64,000 nt of DNA from Candidatus Latescibacterota bacterium (GTDB lineage: Bacteria; Latescibacterota; UBA2968; GCA-2709665), in contig OZ244937.1 of assembly GCA_965222075.1 (NCBI GenBank), forward strand, positions 4,224,001-4,288,000, in the 5' to 3' direction. Below are positions 9,929 through 20,188 of the stretch, piece by piece (within the stretch, counting starts at the first letter, position 1; every line of letters starts with the position of its first letter). The translations under genes were made by a program, and so were the position numbers. Under the pieces are notes generated by a model. It ran no database searches. It was not told the DNA's origin and saw nothing but the letters and a program-made list of their open reading frames with translations.

Positions 9929-11670
9929 CAGCGTCTCGTATTCTGAATGATGAGGATGAGCGTGGCGATCTGTGTGGCCACCATCAGCGTCTCTCGAAAG
10001 ATCCGCCAACCCTGCCCCGGGATTTTGTCAGGGACAAAGATCGCATCTCCGGGGGCGATCTGGTTCACCTTTGAAGCCTTCACCCGGTTGAGGGTGCTGC
10101 CCTTGATGACGATAACACCTCTCCTTTTGGCACGATCGCTGAACCCCCCGGCCCGATCGATATAGTCGTTGATGGTATACGTCGAGTCGTACGGGATAGC
10201 GGCGGGCGCAAGCACGGAGCCGTTAACCAGCACGGAGGGCGTAAAGCGGGGTATGCGGATGATGTCGCCCCCTTTCAGGCGGATGTTGTGCTCATTCTTT
10301 CCGCGTTCGAAGAGGGAGGTGAAATCGACCGGCAGGCGGCCCGGCACCTGCTGCGTCTTCATGGTCAGTAAGGCCTGTTCTTCATCTGTAAGCTGCGTCC
10401 TGGGCAGGCTTAACAGCCGGTTCAATACCACGTCCTCTTCGTCGTTGTGCCCATAGTCAATCTGTCGAACGACCGAGGCCTGCGCCAGGGAGGCCGAAGG
10501 CGTAAATCCACCGGCACGGTGGATCAGTTCTTTCAGCCTGAGCCCGTCTTCAATCGGGTAGGCGCCGGGGAAGCGAACTTCGCCTTCCAGGGTGACCCGT
10601 TGTTCCCTTCCCTCCACATAGAGCTTATCTCCTGTCTGCAGCTGGAAGTTTGCCGTCGAGTCGTCGGCCAGGGCTCCGGCCAGGTCGATCTGAATGCGCT
10701 TTTCTGGCTTTCCATCTTTTGGGAGGCGAAGGAGTTCGGCGGTTGCGGTTTTGAGGTTTCCCGCAAGGCCGCTGGCCAGCCGAACGAGGTCTGTGACGCG
10801 ATCGCCGGGGGCGTATTCGTAATTCCCCGGGCGCTGCACCGCTCCTGATACGCTGATGGAGTCTCCGCGTGCGGGGACCAGGATTTGATCGCCGTCTAAG
10901 AGGAAGGGGTTGTAGTCGATCTCTCCGGTGAGGCGCCAGAGCGCCAGATCGGCCTTCCGGTTGGATTTTTCAACCGTTCCCTCATCCGAGAAGCGCTGTA
11001 CCTGGATGTTGCGGAGGGAGGCCCTGCCCTCCGGTTCGCTCAGCAGCCCACCGGACCTCTTGATCAGTTCCGAGACCTGTTCCACGCCGCGAACATCGTA
11101 GGCGCCTGGGAAGCGGACTTCTCCCACGACGTTGACCGTAAAGGTCCGAAGGAACGTGAGCGTGATGGAGATGTCCAGATGTTGGAAGCTGCTCTGGACG
11201 GTGGCCTGTATCGCAGCCTCGGCCTCTTTGAGGCTCAATCCCGCAACCTGCACGGCGCCCACATAGGGGATGACCAGTTTTCCTGTGGCCCCGACCAGGA
11301 CCTCCTGAACCTCCGGCTCTTCATTCCGGTCGACTACGACTACGAAGACATCGCTGGGGCCGACGATGTAGCGGCCGGGCCGGATCACAGCGTCGTAGGC
11401 GGCCTTGCTGAGGCGCTCGGCTTCGATCTTCGTTTCGATGCCTTTCCGCTCCTCTTCCAGCCCGGAAAAGGCTTCGATATCCGACCGCCTTCGTTTGGGT
11501 TTCTCCTTCTTTTCCCGTTCCGCTTGCCGACGTCGAGGCTGGGCATAAAGCAGGATGGGTTCGAAGGCGAAGACGAAGACGAGCAGGCCGACGATGCACC
11601 GGCAGGCCAGGGTTGTGAGGCGTCCTGCATGCGCGTCGGCCGGATCTGGTTTGCATATTTTTGTGATCAT
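9928..11670 (-). CDS. Polysaccharide export protein with SLBB repeats (Wza-like)
   Basis: YIVGPSD, IPYVGAVQVAG, repeated V.GEVRFPG.Y SLBB motifs, C-terminal amphipathic helix. Confidence 0.85.
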   Translation of the reverse strand: MITKICKPDPADAHAGRLTTLACRCIVGLLVFVFAFEPILLYAQPRRRQAEREKKEKPKRRRSDIEAFSGLEEERKGIETKIEAERLSKAAYDAVIRPGRYIVGPSDVFVVVVDRNEEPEVQEVLVGATGKLVIPYVGAVQVAGLSLKEAEAAIQATVQSSFQHLDISITLTFLRTFTVNVVGEVRFPGAYDVRGVEQVSELIKRSGGLLSEPEGRASLRNIQVQRFSDEGTVEKSNRKADLALWRLTGEIDYNPFLLDGDQILVPARGDSISVSGAVQRPGNYEYAPGDRVTDLVRLASGLAGNLKTATAELLRLPKDGKPEKRIQIDLAGALADDSTANFQLQTGDKLYVEGREQRVTLEGEVRFPGAYPIEDGLRLKELIHRAGGFTPSASLAQASVVRQIDYGHNDEEDVVLNRLLSLPRTQLTDEEQALLTMKTQQVPGRLPVDFTSLFERGKNEHNIRLKGGDIIRIPRFTPSVLVNGSVLAPAAIPYDSTYTINDYIDRAGGFSDRAKRRGVIVIKGSTLNRVKASKVNQIAPGDAIFVPDKIPGQGWRIFRETLMVATQIATLILIIQNTRR

Positions 11671-12566
11671 TCCACCGTTACTCCGTCAGAATCGACTTGA
11701 AGTACACAAGCCTCTGTTTCGATGCCCACTGCGCGCCAGGCCTCGACCATCGCCCCCTTTACCCTTTCCGCGCCGTCTGTTGCAAAGGCCAGCAGCGTGG
11801 GGCCGGCCCCGCTGAGACAGGTTCCCAGCGCGCCCGCCTCCGTAGCGGCCTTTAACACACCCTCGAACCCCGGGATGAGCGGAGCCCGGTAGGGCTGGTG
11901 GAGCCGGTCGATCATGCCGGGCTGCAAGGCGTGGAGGTCTCCACACAAGAGCGCTGCGGTGACCAGGCAGGCGTGGCTGACGTTGAAGATGGCCTCCCGG
12001 TGGGAGACCTCTTTTGGGAGGGCCGCCCGGGCGGCTTCTGTTTTGAGTTCGAAATGCGGAATGGCCACCACGGCCCGGAGTTCGGGGGGGGGGAAGGCCC
12101 GGATGCAGGTGACATGCCCGTTTGAGAGGGAGGAGATGGTGAGTCCGCCCCGCAAGCAGGCCGATACGTTGTCCGGATGCCCTTCCAGTTCTGCGGCCAG
12201 GTCGAGACGTTCGGATTCCGACAGGGGTTCTCCAAAGAGGTGGTTGGCCGCGGTAATTCCCGCGACGATCGCTGTGGAACTGCTTCCCAGGCCACGGGCC
12301 AGGGGAATTTGATTGCGCATTTCCACCTCCAGCCCCGGCAGGGGGCTGCCGATCCGCTGCGCAGCGGCAGCAGCGGCCCGGAAGAAGAGGTTGGTCTCGT
12401 CTTCGGGCAGGAGGCCCGCGCCCATCCCCTGTACAGCGATCCGTATCCCGGCTGCTGACGTGGTGCGGACCGCGAGACGGTTGTAAAGGGTCAGGGCCAG
12501 CCCTAAGGTGTCGAACCCGGGGCCCAGGTTGGACGTCGATCCGGGCACCCGCAATCGGATCTCCAT
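11667..12566 (-). CDS. thrB: Homoserine kinase
   Basis: PGSTSNLGPGFD, IPLARGLGSSS, EGHPDNV, LSGAGPT. Confidence 0.95.
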   Translation of the reverse strand: MEIRLRVPGSTSNLGPGFDTLGLALTLYNRLAVRTTSAAGIRIAVQGMGAGLLPEDETNLFFRAAAAAAQRIGSPLPGLEVEMRNQIPLARGLGSSSTAIVAGITAANHLFGEPLSESERLDLAAELEGHPDNVSACLRGGLTISSLSNGHVTCIRAFPPPELRAVVAIPHFELKTEAARAALPKEVSHREAIFNVSHACLVTAALLCGDLHALQPGMIDRLHQPYRAPLIPGFEGVLKAATEAGALGTCLSGAGPTLLAFATDGAERVKGAMVEAWRAVGIETEACVLQVDSDGVTVE

Positions 12567-13682
12567 CTAAATCCCCTTTACAAGCTCCGCACAGACCAGA
12601 TCGGCCAGTAAAAGGCCGCGGCGGGTGAGGCAGATCCGCTCCCCGGTCCGTTCGAGGAGGCGATGCGACAGCAGGCGGTTGAGGGAGGGGGCCGTCCGGG
12701 CGCCGGCAAGCAGGGTTTCGGGGATGCCCTCCCTCTGGCGCAGCCCCAGCATGACCCGTTCCAGAACCCGGCCCTCACCGCCGATGGCTTCTTCACCTTC
12801 GATTGCGGTTCCGACCGATTCCACCTTTTCTATATACGCCATGAGGTTCCGGATGTTCCAGGAACGGCGGTTGTTTAGAAAGGAGTGGGCCGAGAGTCCG
12901 ATGCCCAGGTAAGGGCGCCCCTTCCAGTAGCCGAGGTTGTGCTGTGAGGCAAAGCCTGGCCGTGCGAGGTTGGAGATTTCGTAGTGGTGGTAGCCGGCCC
13001 CGGTCAGCCGGTCCAGGGCAAGACCGTACATGGCTGCCTGGTCGTCTTCTGCAGGGAGGGGGAGACGGCCCTTCCGAAACCGGCGCCCGAACGCGGTTTC
13101 GGGTTCTACGGTGAGTCCATAGACCGAGAGGTGGTCGGGGAAGAGCGCAACCGAACGGTCCAGGGTGGCCCTCCAGGCGGCCACGGCCTGTTCGGGCGCT
13201 CCGAAGATCAGGTCGATATTGATGTTCCGGAATCCGGCCCGCCGGGCCGTCTGAAAGGCCGCGACGGCGTCGGCTGTGTTGTGCAACCGGCCCAGGGCTT
13301 TCAGGTCAGGGTCGTTCAGGGCCTGCACACCGAGGCTCAGCCGGTTGATGCCAATTTCCCAAAGCGCCCGAAATACCGCGCGATCCCCCGGGTTGGCCTC
13401 GGCGGTAATTTCCGCGTTAGGAACGATATCCGCCTCCAGTCGAATCGCGCTCAGGATGCGGTGCAGGGCTTCCGGCGGGACGGCTGAAGGGGTGCCCCCC
13501 CCAAAGTAGACCGTTTTGAAGATGGGGTGGGCACCCACATGGGGCAAACGGGTGCGGAACTCCCGGATGACGGCTCCGGCGTACCGATCGGCCAGGTGGG
13601 TTTTGCGCACCTCAAATGCGAAGTCGCAGTAGGGACAGGGCGAGTCGCAGAATGGGATGTGGATGTACAGACCGAAGGTCAT
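12567..13682 (-). CDS. hemW: Radical SAM heme chaperone HemW
   Basis: LYIHIPFCDSPCPYCDF, YFGGGTPS, YEISN, HNLGYW; lepA-lepB-hemW context. Confidence 0.9.
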   Translation of the reverse strand: MTFGLYIHIPFCDSPCPYCDFAFEVRKTHLADRYAGAVIREFRTRLPHVGAHPIFKTVYFGGGTPSAVPPEALHRILSAIRLEADIVPNAEITAEANPGDRAVFRALWEIGINRLSLGVQALNDPDLKALGRLHNTADAVAAFQTARRAGFRNINIDLIFGAPEQAVAAWRATLDRSVALFPDHLSVYGLTVEPETAFGRRFRKGRLPLPAEDDQAAMYGLALDRLTGAGYHHYEISNLARPGFASQHNLGYWKGRPYLGIGLSAHSFLNNRRSWNIRNLMAYIEKVESVGTAIEGEEAIGGEGRVLERVMLGLRQREGIPETLLAGARTAPSLNRLLSHRLLERTGERICLTRRGLLLADLVCAELVKGI

Positions 13683-13714
13683 AGGGATCAGGTTCCAGGT
13701 AGGAGCGAGGTGAT

Positions 13715-14473
13715 CTACTTTACAAGGGTGCCGATTCTGCTCCATCGGACGCGCTGAGGGAAGTGGAGCAGGTTGTAGAGTAGGATTTTCGGGAGCGAGA
13801 GAAGGCCTGTATATTCGGGCACACCGGCATCCGGGGCCCAGGATAAGTAGAGGATGAATGCCTGGCCTTTGATCAGGTTGTAGGATAGGAAGCTCCAGTA
13901 GCGGCTGTCTTCGCTGTTGTCCCGATTGTCCCCCATCATAAAAAAATGGCCTTCGGGCACCACCACGGGTCCAAAGTTGTCACGTCTGCCGTTGGGAGAT
14001 TTCACCGGCAGAATTTTCGGGTCGGTATATTTAGAACGGGTCGGATCGATCGCCCGTTTGCCGTCTACATAGAGGATTTTGTTCTGGATCTCCACCGTCT
14101 GTTTGGGGCCGGCCACACAGCGCTTGATGAAGTCCCGGCTGGTATCAAGGGGGTACTCAAAGATGATGACATCCCCCGGTTGGGGCTCCCGAAGCGCGGG
14201 CAGCCGATAGTCGGTGAAGGGGATCTTGGCGCCGTAGATGAATTTGTTGGCCAGGAGGAAGTCTCCCACCAAGAGCGTGTCTTCCATCGATGCGGAGGGG
14301 ATGCGAAAGGCCTGCACCACAAAGGTCCGGATGAGGAGGGCCAGCCCTACGGCCACCAGGATGACTTCGACGTATTCTCTGGCCACGGACTTTTTCCTCT
14401 TTTTCGATGCCCTCCGCCCCTTTTCAGGCCGGGGTCTTCGCCGGGATTTTTTCCGCGCTGCTGTTTTGCTCAT
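13715..14473 (-). CDS. lepB: Signal peptidase I
   Basis: IPSASMEDTL (catalytic Ser), FIKR (catalytic Lys), GDNRDNSEDSRYW. Confidence 0.95.
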   Translation of the reverse strand: MSKTAARKKSRRRPRPEKGRRASKKRKKSVAREYVEVILVAVGLALLIRTFVVQAFRIPSASMEDTLLVGDFLLANKFIYGAKIPFTDYRLPALREPQPGDVIIFEYPLDTSRDFIKRCVAGPKQTVEIQNKILYVDGKRAIDPTRSKYTDPKILPVKSPNGRRDNFGPVVVPEGHFFMMGDNRDNSEDSRYWSFLSYNLIKGQAFILYLSWAPDAGVPEYTGLLSLPKILLYNLLHFPQRVRWSRIGTLVK

Positions 14474-14482
14474 GGTGATTCG

Positions 14483-16282
14483 TCAGGTGTCTATACTCAG
14501 AACGGCCAGGAAGGCTTCTTGTGGGATTTCCACATTGCCGACCTGCTTCATGCGTTTTTTCCCTTCTCTCTGTCTCTCCAGGAGCTTCCGCTTCCGGGTG
14601 ACATCTCCCCCGTAACATTTGGCCGTGACATTTTTCCGGAATGGCCTTATCGATTCCCTGGCGACGACTTTTTTTCCGATTGCGGCCTGAATGATCACTT
14701 CAAACATCTGGCGGGGGATCAGTTCCACCAGCTTCTGGCAGATCGCCTTGCCCCATTCATAAGCTTTGTCCCGGTGGACAATGGCCGAGAGCGCATCGAC
14801 CGGGTCGCCATTGATGAGCAGGTCGAGCTTGACCAGGTTGGAGGGGCGGTGCGCTTTGTACTCATAATCGAAGGAGGCGTAGCCCCGGCTGACCGATTTG
14901 AGGCGATCGTAGAAGTCGAGGACGATTTCCGAAAGGGGTAGTTCGTAGCGCAGTAGCGCCCGCGTGGGGTCGATGTATTCGGTGGTGATGTAGACCCCCC
15001 GCCGGTCCTGTGCCAGCTGCATAATACTTCCCACATATTCCGAGGGGACCAGGATCTGGGCGTCGAGGATCGGTTCGGTGACTTCCTCGATCTGCCCTGG
15101 CGGTGGCATCTGGGCGGGACTGTGGACCTCGATTACTTCACCGTCGGTGAGCAGGACACCGTACTCTACGTTGGGCACAGTGGCGATGATTTCCATGTCG
15201 AATTCTCTGGCGAGCCGCTCCTGGACGATTTCCATGTGGAGGAGGCCCAGGAATCCGCACCGGAAGCCGAATCCGAGCGCCGTGGAGGTTTCCGGATCGT
15301 AGCGGATTGAGGCGTCGTTCAGATGGAGTTTTTCCAGCGCAGCGCGGAGGTTTTCGTAGTCGTCGGAATTGACAGGGTAGAGGCCCGCAAAGACCATCGG
15401 TTTGACCTCTCTGTAGCCGGGCAGGGGGGTATCGGCAGGGCGTTGGACGCCGGTGACGGTATCGCCCATGTGCGCATCTTTTAGGTCTTTTATTCCGGCG
15501 ATGAGATAGCCCACCTCACCGGCCCGCAGGACTTTCCGTCCGACCCGTCCCAGCCTGAGGATGCCGATCTCTTCGGCGCCGTAGTCCCGGCCAGTGGAGA
15601 AGAAGCGGACCGGCATCCCCTCCTCCAGGGTGCCTTCAAATACCCGCAGGTAGGCCATGACGCCCCGGTAGCGGTCGAAGACGGAGTCGAAGACCAGGGC
15701 TTTCAGCGGCGCATCCGGATCGCCCTGGGGGGGGGGAATCCGATCAATGATGGCCTCGAAGATCGTTTCAATGCCGATGTCCTGTTTGGCGCTGATTTTG
15801 AGGATCTCCGATTCTTCGACCCCCAGCAGGTCGTGGATCTGCATCACCACCCGGTCGATTTCCGCGTTGGGCAGGTCGATTTTGTTGATGACGGGAATCA
15901 GTGTCAGGTCATGTTCTAAGGCGAGGAGGACGTTGCTGACGGTCTGCGCTTCAACGCCCTGGGCGGCGTCCACCAGCAGGAGCGCCCCTTCGCAGGCGGT
16001 GAGGCTGCGGGAGACCTCGTAGGAGAAGTCGACGTGCCCTGGCGTGTCGATCAGGTTGAGGACATAGCTTTGACCGTCGGGCGCCTGGTAGTCCATCCGG
16101 ACGGCGTGGGATTTGATGGTGATCCCCCGTTCGCGCTCTAAGTCCATGTTGTCCAGGACCTGATCCATCATCTCCTTCTGAGAGAGGGTGAGGGTGCGCT
16201 CCAGGAATCGGTCGGCTAAGGTGGATTTCCCGTGGTCGATATGGGCGATGATCGAAAAGTTTCGAATCTGCCGGACGTCCAT
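14483..16282 (-). CDS. lepA: Elongation factor 4 (LepA)
   Basis: [42 protein letters not shown]. Confidence 0.98.
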   Translation of the reverse strand: MDVRQIRNFSIIAHIDHGKSTLADRFLERTLTLSQKEMMDQVLDNMDLERERGITIKSHAVRMDYQAPDGQSYVLNLIDTPGHVDFSYEVSRSLTACEGALLLVDAAQGVEAQTVSNVLLALEHDLTLIPVINKIDLPNAEIDRVVMQIHDLLGVEESEILKISAKQDIGIETIFEAIIDRIPPPQGDPDAPLKALVFDSVFDRYRGVMAYLRVFEGTLEEGMPVRFFSTGRDYGAEEIGILRLGRVGRKVLRAGEVGYLIAGIKDLKDAHMGDTVTGVQRPADTPLPGYREVKPMVFAGLYPVNSDDYENLRAALEKLHLNDASIRYDPETSTALGFGFRCGFLGLLHMEIVQERLAREFDMEIIATVPNVEYGVLLTDGEVIEVHSPAQMPPPGQIEEVTEPILDAQILVPSEYVGSIMQLAQDRRGVYITTEYIDPTRALLRYELPLSEIVLDFYDRLKSVSRGYASFDYEYKAHRPSNLVKLDLLINGDPVDALSAIVHRDKAYEWGKAICQKLVELIPRQMFEVIIQAAIGKKVVARESIRPFRKNVTAKCYGGDVTRKRKLLERQREGKKRMKQVGNVEIPQEAFLAVLSIDT

Positions 16283-16342
16283 CTTCTGGATTTTCCTAAA
16301 AATGGAGACAAGTCTAAAAAACTCAAGGGAGTAGAGCTTTCA

Positions 16343-16371
16343 AATATACTGTCTTATACAGATAAAGTCAA
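16343..16371 (-). promoter_or_regulatory. Predicted sigma70 promoter for the lepA operon
   Basis: TTGACT-N17-TATATT on the minus strand about 60 nt upstream of lepA. Confidence 0.55.
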
Positions 16372-16571
16372 CTCTCACGCAGGGTCGACATTTATTGATA
16401 TTACACGCCTGGAACTGACTCCAGAAAGCGTCGCACAGGTCCCTGTTCCGTATGTATCTTGCGGCTGAAGGGTGTTGAAGAACGATTCCGGGGCCTTTTT
16501 CTATACGCTTGCATTTCCATGCTGACCGCATTATCTTCCAGGCGTAGCTTGACAAGGAGAGAAGAGATTCG

Positions 16572-17786
16572 ATGTCCACGCTTCGCATCGCTGTCTTAGG
16601 CGCAGGCGCCGGGCCCGGTTCTCGCGCACGGCAGTTTCTCTCGACGATTGTGCGCCTGACCGACCACTACGAACTGGCCGCCGTCTGTGATCGCAACCCG
16701 GATGTGCTTCAAGAAGTGGGCGTCCAGTATGGTGTGGAGGCCCGCTATGGGGATGTACGCGCCCTTTTTGAGGCGGAGAAGCCGGATATTGTGCTTTCTC
16801 TGACGCCTAAGGACTCGCATATTGTGATGGCGCTGACCGCCGCGCGACACGGGGCGCACGTGATTACGGAGATTCCGGTGGCGCTGACGCGCCGATACGC
16901 CGGGGCGGTTGCGCAGGCGTGCCGCGAACACGGGGTGCTGTGGGAAGTGGCCGAGCAGGTCTGGCTCTGGCCACAGGAGCGCCTGAAGCGGCGGATCATC
17001 GAGTCCGGGCTGCTGGGCGGAGTCACCCACGCACGGCTGTGGTACCTGACTGGACAGTACCACGGCTTCAGCGCAATTCGGGCGCTGCTGGGCGTTGAGG
17101 CGGCGCGTGTGCTGGGCTACTGCGGCGAGGTGGAGACCGAGCCCTACGCGGCCTACGGCGGTGAACCGGAGTCGACGGTGCAGTGGGAGACTGCCGTGAT
17201 CGAGTTCGCCGGAGACGCGGTGTGCCTGTTTGAGAAGCCGCCCCGGATCTTTCCGTCGGCTCCCCACAATTTTCCAGTCGGGTGGCAGGTTGAGGGCCCG
17301 CGAGGACACCTGGACCGGAACCGGCTTACGCTGTACGGGAAAAACGAATCCAAGGTGTATGAGATCTCAGAGCAGTACGTTGAGATGGACGGGGAAAGGG
17401 TGCTGGAGGCCGTTCGGGTGGAGACCGACCCGCCGGTGGTCTGGGAAAATCCTTTCACGCCGTATCGGATCGGGTCTCTCGACGATGTGGCGCAGGCGAG
17501 TATTCTCACCAGTTTCCACAAAGCCATCACCGAGGGGGGGAGGCCGCAGTACGGTTATGAAAACGGCCTCCGGGACTATGAACTCAGCCTTGCAGTCCGC
17601 GAAAGCGCCCGCCTCGGGAACGCCTGGGTTACGCTGCCGCTGGGCGGGCCGACGGAACTGGAGCAACAGATCGAGGCGGAGTTCGTGCGCCGCTACGGGC
17701 ACGATCCAATCGAGGAGACCGAGGCGCTCTTAGATGCACCCTTTGAACGGTCCGCGACGCTCTGGCCTTTCGCGCACTGGCTCTAA
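16572..17786 (+). CDS. Gfo/Idh/MocA family oxidoreductase
   Basis: N-terminal Rossmann fold LGAGAG; HVITEIPVA (EKP variant). Confidence 0.8.
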   Translation: MSTLRIAVLGAGAGPGSRARQFLSTIVRLTDHYELAAVCDRNPDVLQEVGVQYGVEARYGDVRALFEAEKPDIVLSLTPKDSHIVMALTAARHGAHVITEIPVALTRRYAGAVAQACREHGVLWEVAEQVWLWPQERLKRRIIESGLLGGVTHARLWYLTGQYHGFSAIRALLGVEAARVLGYCGEVETEPYAAYGGEPESTVQWETAVIEFAGDAVCLFEKPPRIFPSAPHNFPVGWQVEGPRGHLDRNRLTLYGKNESKVYEISEQYVEMDGERVLEAVRVETDPPVVWENPFTPYRIGSLDDVAQASILTSFHKAITEGGRPQYGYENGLRDYELSLAVRESARLGNAWVTLPLGGPTELEQQIEAEFVRRYGHDPIEETEALLDAPFERSATLWPFAHWL

Positions 17787-17803
17787 ACCCTGGAGGGGGT
17801 TCG

Positions 17804-18916
17804 GTGAAGATCGAGTTCGCAGAGATCCGCTACATCGAGCTACCGCTGATTTCTCCCTGGCGAACGGCCTACGGGGAGGATGCGGCGATCCATTCGGTGA
17901 TGGTCCGGCTTTCGGGTGGGGGCGAGGAGGCGTGGGGGGAGTCTACACCGTTTTATGCGCCGACATATTCTCCCGAGTCTGCCCGGTCGGTGTACGAGAC
18001 GGCCAGGGAATTTTTTCTGCCTCGCCTGGTGGGAAGGGAGGTGGATTCGGCGGGTGAATTGATGGACCGGATTGCAGTTTTCAAGGGCAATCCGTTTGCA
18101 AAGGCGGCCGTGGAGACGGCCTGGTGGGCGCTGCACAGCAGGCTTCTGGGCCAGCCCCTGTGGCGGGTGCTGGGGGCACAGCAGCCGGTTGTCCGGTGCG
18201 GAGCGGATTTCGGGGTGCAAGAGGGGATCGACGACCTGCTGGGGCTGATTCAGGGGGCGGTGGACGCGGGCTACCCCAGGGTCAAGCTGAAGGTCCGGCA
18301 CGGGTGGGATGTTGAGATGTTAGAGACGGTCCGGTCGGCGTTTCCCGATCCGGTTTTTCACGTGGACTGTAATTCGGGATACGATCTGGGTGAGGATATC
18401 GACACGCTCCGGGCGTTCGATCGGTTCAACTTAGCGATGATCGAACAGCCCCTGTTCCACACGGACCTGATCGAACATGCCGAGCTGCAAAAGCAGATTG
18501 AGACGCCCGTCTGTTTAGACGAGTCGATTAAGGATGTGCGGGATTTCAGGCTGGCGCTGAAGATCGGGGCCTGCCGGGTGGTGAACGTGAAGCCGGGCCG
18601 TGTGGGGGGGCTGCACAATGCGGTGCAGATTCACGATATGGCCAGAGAGGAAGGGATGGAGGCCTGGGTGGGTGGGATGCTGGAGAGTGGGGTGGGCGCG
18701 GGCATTTGCGCGGCGCTTGGTACGCTGCCCGGTTTTACCTATCCGGCGGACGTGTTTCCCTCCAGCAGGTTTTACACGGAGGACATCACCGAACGCTGGA
18801 TCGAGCAAGACGAGGGCTGCTGCGTGGTCTTAGACGAGACGCCCGGCGTGGGGTTCGACCCGGTCCCGGAACGGCTGGATGGGGTGACGCTGTTTCAAGA
18901 GGTGTTTGAGGAGTAG
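17804..18916 (+). CDS. menC: o-succinylbenzoate synthase / N-acylamino acid racemase (enolase superfamily)
   Basis: KLKV, VDCN, IEQP, LDES, NVKPGRVGG, WVGGMLESG. Confidence 0.8.
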   Translation: MKIEFAEIRYIELPLISPWRTAYGEDAAIHSVMVRLSGGGEEAWGESTPFYAPTYSPESARSVYETAREFFLPRLVGREVDSAGELMDRIAVFKGNPFAKAAVETAWWALHSRLLGQPLWRVLGAQQPVVRCGADFGVQEGIDDLLGLIQGAVDAGYPRVKLKVRHGWDVEMLETVRSAFPDPVFHVDCNSGYDLGEDIDTLRAFDRFNLAMIEQPLFHTDLIEHAELQKQIETPVCLDESIKDVRDFRLALKIGACRVVNVKPGRVGGLHNAVQIHDMAREEGMEAWVGGMLESGVGAGICAALGTLPGFTYPADVFPSSRFYTEDITERWIEQDEGCCVVLDETPGVGFDPVPERLDGVTLFQEVFEE

Positions 18917-19093
18917 ACGGCAGGCGATGTTATGTGGGTATCCACATTTTAAAATGAAGGAGAGGATATACGGTGGCGTCCGAGACGCCTTCACAAGACG
19001 AAAGACGCAGGGCACACCACATCCAATTGAGGCTTCCGGTCCCAGGGCCGGGGTGGGCAGCGGCGAGTACCAGGACCTGGAAGTAGTGGATCT

Positions 19094-19113
19094 GGGCACA
19101 GCGTGCTGTGCCC
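19094..19113. repeat. REP-like palindrome variant GGGCACAGCGTGCTGTGCCC
   Basis: Same architecture as GGGCACGGCATGCCGTGCCC with a compensatory stem change. Confidence 0.6.
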
Positions 19114-19126
19114 CTGTTTTTATATG

Positions 19127-20128
19127 TTATTCGATTTTTAAAAATTCGCCTTCCTGCCGGGCAGAGGTTTCGGCCATGATGCAGGCCTTTGCAACGGCCA
19201 AGACGTCGGTGGTGGAGATGGTGTTTTCGCGACCGCTGGAGAAGGCGTCGATCATGGTTTCGACAAAAACGCCGTTGCGTTCGGGGGGAAACTCGGGCTG
19301 GTAGGCTCCCCTGCCGTCGGCGACGATGAGGAGGCTGTCGGCGGTGTAGGCCCGCAGGTGCGCCGAACCCACCGTGCCCATGAGGATGAAGCGGGTGTCG
19401 CCAAAGGAGGGGGAGTCCTGGGGCGTGAGCCAGTCGGCGGTGAGGAGGGCAGAGGAACCGTTGCTCAACCGGTACGAGGCCTGGATGTGGTCCATTTCTA
19501 TTTTTCGAGGCGGGTGGGTGTGTTTTTTGCAGGTGCCGACCGCGTGGACACCGACGCATTCTGCGCCCGTGAGCCATCGTATCTGGTCCACGCCGTGACA
19601 GCCAACGTCGTGGAAGGTGCCGACGTAGAGGTTCGGGTCGAAGTACCAGGGGGGTGCCCAGTCCCCCAGCTTGTGCGGGTGCGTGGAGATGAGGCTGACG
19701 ATTTCTCCCAGGACCCCATCCAAGACTGCCTCCCGCAGGGCGATAAAGGGAGGGTAATTGCGGGAGGTGAAGAACATGGTGAGGCGGGTGTTGTGGGTTT
19801 CGACGGCGGTCTTGATGCGCTGCCAGTCTTCTAAGGAGCGGCAGAGGGGTTTGTCTAAGAAGACGTGGGCACCGGCAGAGGCGCAGGTTTCGATCATTTC
19901 GACTTTTTCGTGTTGGGCGAGCCCTTCCATCACGATTTCGGGTCTGGCTTCTTCCAGCATGGCGCTTAGGGTTGGATAGCGGGGAATCTTGGTGTCTTCG
20001 GTATACTTCTGGTAGAGGGCGTCGTCCGGTTCAACGATGCCGACGATTTCGCCGTTCGGGGCGTTGACAGCCGACCGGAACATGCCGCTGATGTGTCCGT
20101 AATGGACACCCATAATGCCGATTCGCAT
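19127..20128 (-). CDS. Gfo/Idh/MocA family oxidoreductase
   Basis: RIGIMG, HVFLDKP, DVGCHGVD. Confidence 0.85.
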   Translation of the reverse strand: MRIGIMGVHYGHISGMFRSAVNAPNGEIVGIVEPDDALYQKYTEDTKIPRYPTLSAMLEEARPEIVMEGLAQHEKVEMIETCASAGAHVFLDKPLCRSLEDWQRIKTAVETHNTRLTMFFTSRNYPPFIALREAVLDGVLGEIVSLISTHPHKLGDWAPPWYFDPNLYVGTFHDVGCHGVDQIRWLTGAECVGVHAVGTCKKHTHPPRKIEMDHIQASYRLSNGSSALLTADWLTPQDSPSFGDTRFILMGTVGSAHLRAYTADSLLIVADGRGAYQPEFPPERNGVFVETMIDAFSSGRENTISTTDVLAVAKACIMAETSARQEGEFLKIE

Positions 20129-20188
20129 GGATGACTCCTTGACGTGGTTTGGACTTGCGCGTTTATGTTTTGCTCGGGGAGTGAGGGC

